Shown here one piece after another: positions 37,333-37,334 of a stretch of 37,334 nt of DNA (positions are counted from its first letter, which is position 1; every line of letters begins with the position of its first letter). This DNA is from Catajapyx aquilonaris (Eukaryota). A program made the position numbers and the translations under genes. The stretch is from assembly GCA_000934665.2 (NCBI GenBank), contig JYFJ02003815.1:1-37334 (forward strand), in the 5' to 3' direction. The notes below the pieces were generated by a model, which saw only the letters and a program-made list of their open reading frames with translations, searched no databases and was not told the origin of the DNA.

Positions 37333-37334
37333 GA

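Noticed and set aside
1..37334. CRISPR arrays, operons, rRNA, snRNA, known miRNA hairpins, intact transposase or reverse transcriptase
   Set aside because: None recognised by eye. The window is intron-containing eukaryotic DNA; a covariance-model search would be needed to exclude small ncRNAs.

Overview
AT-rich animal genomic DNA with spliceosomal introns, most likely an arthropod (inferred from a Nep3-type N-terminus and an arthropod-type tRNA-Arg sequence, both compared from memory). Most ORFs in the supplied track are noise; the real genes were rebuilt by hand from splice sites and reading phase. They are: (1) the first coding exon of a Nep3/endothelin-converting-enzyme-like M13 peptidase running off the left edge (- strand); (2) two divergently oriented Shisa-like (VOPP1/WBP1 family) single-pass membrane adaptor genes with six Cys and PPxY motifs (gene A, - strand, 13470-14925 plus an unresolved first exon; gene B, + strand, 23236-26990, complete, 159 aa); (3) the last two exons of an LYPD6-like three-finger protein (- strand). 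There are four tRNA genes: an inverted tRNA-Arg(TCG) pair 10.7 kb apart and two identical tRNA-Pro(AGG) genes between the divergent adaptors. The window also holds an intact V-domain-type SINE with a 13-bp target-site duplication and several MITE/foldback elements. I found no clearly new biological system. The best leads are the divergent adaptor pair with tRNA-Pro genes between them, a possible dual-coding or intron-retention arrangement in gene A, and ECE1-style alternative first exons for the peptidase.
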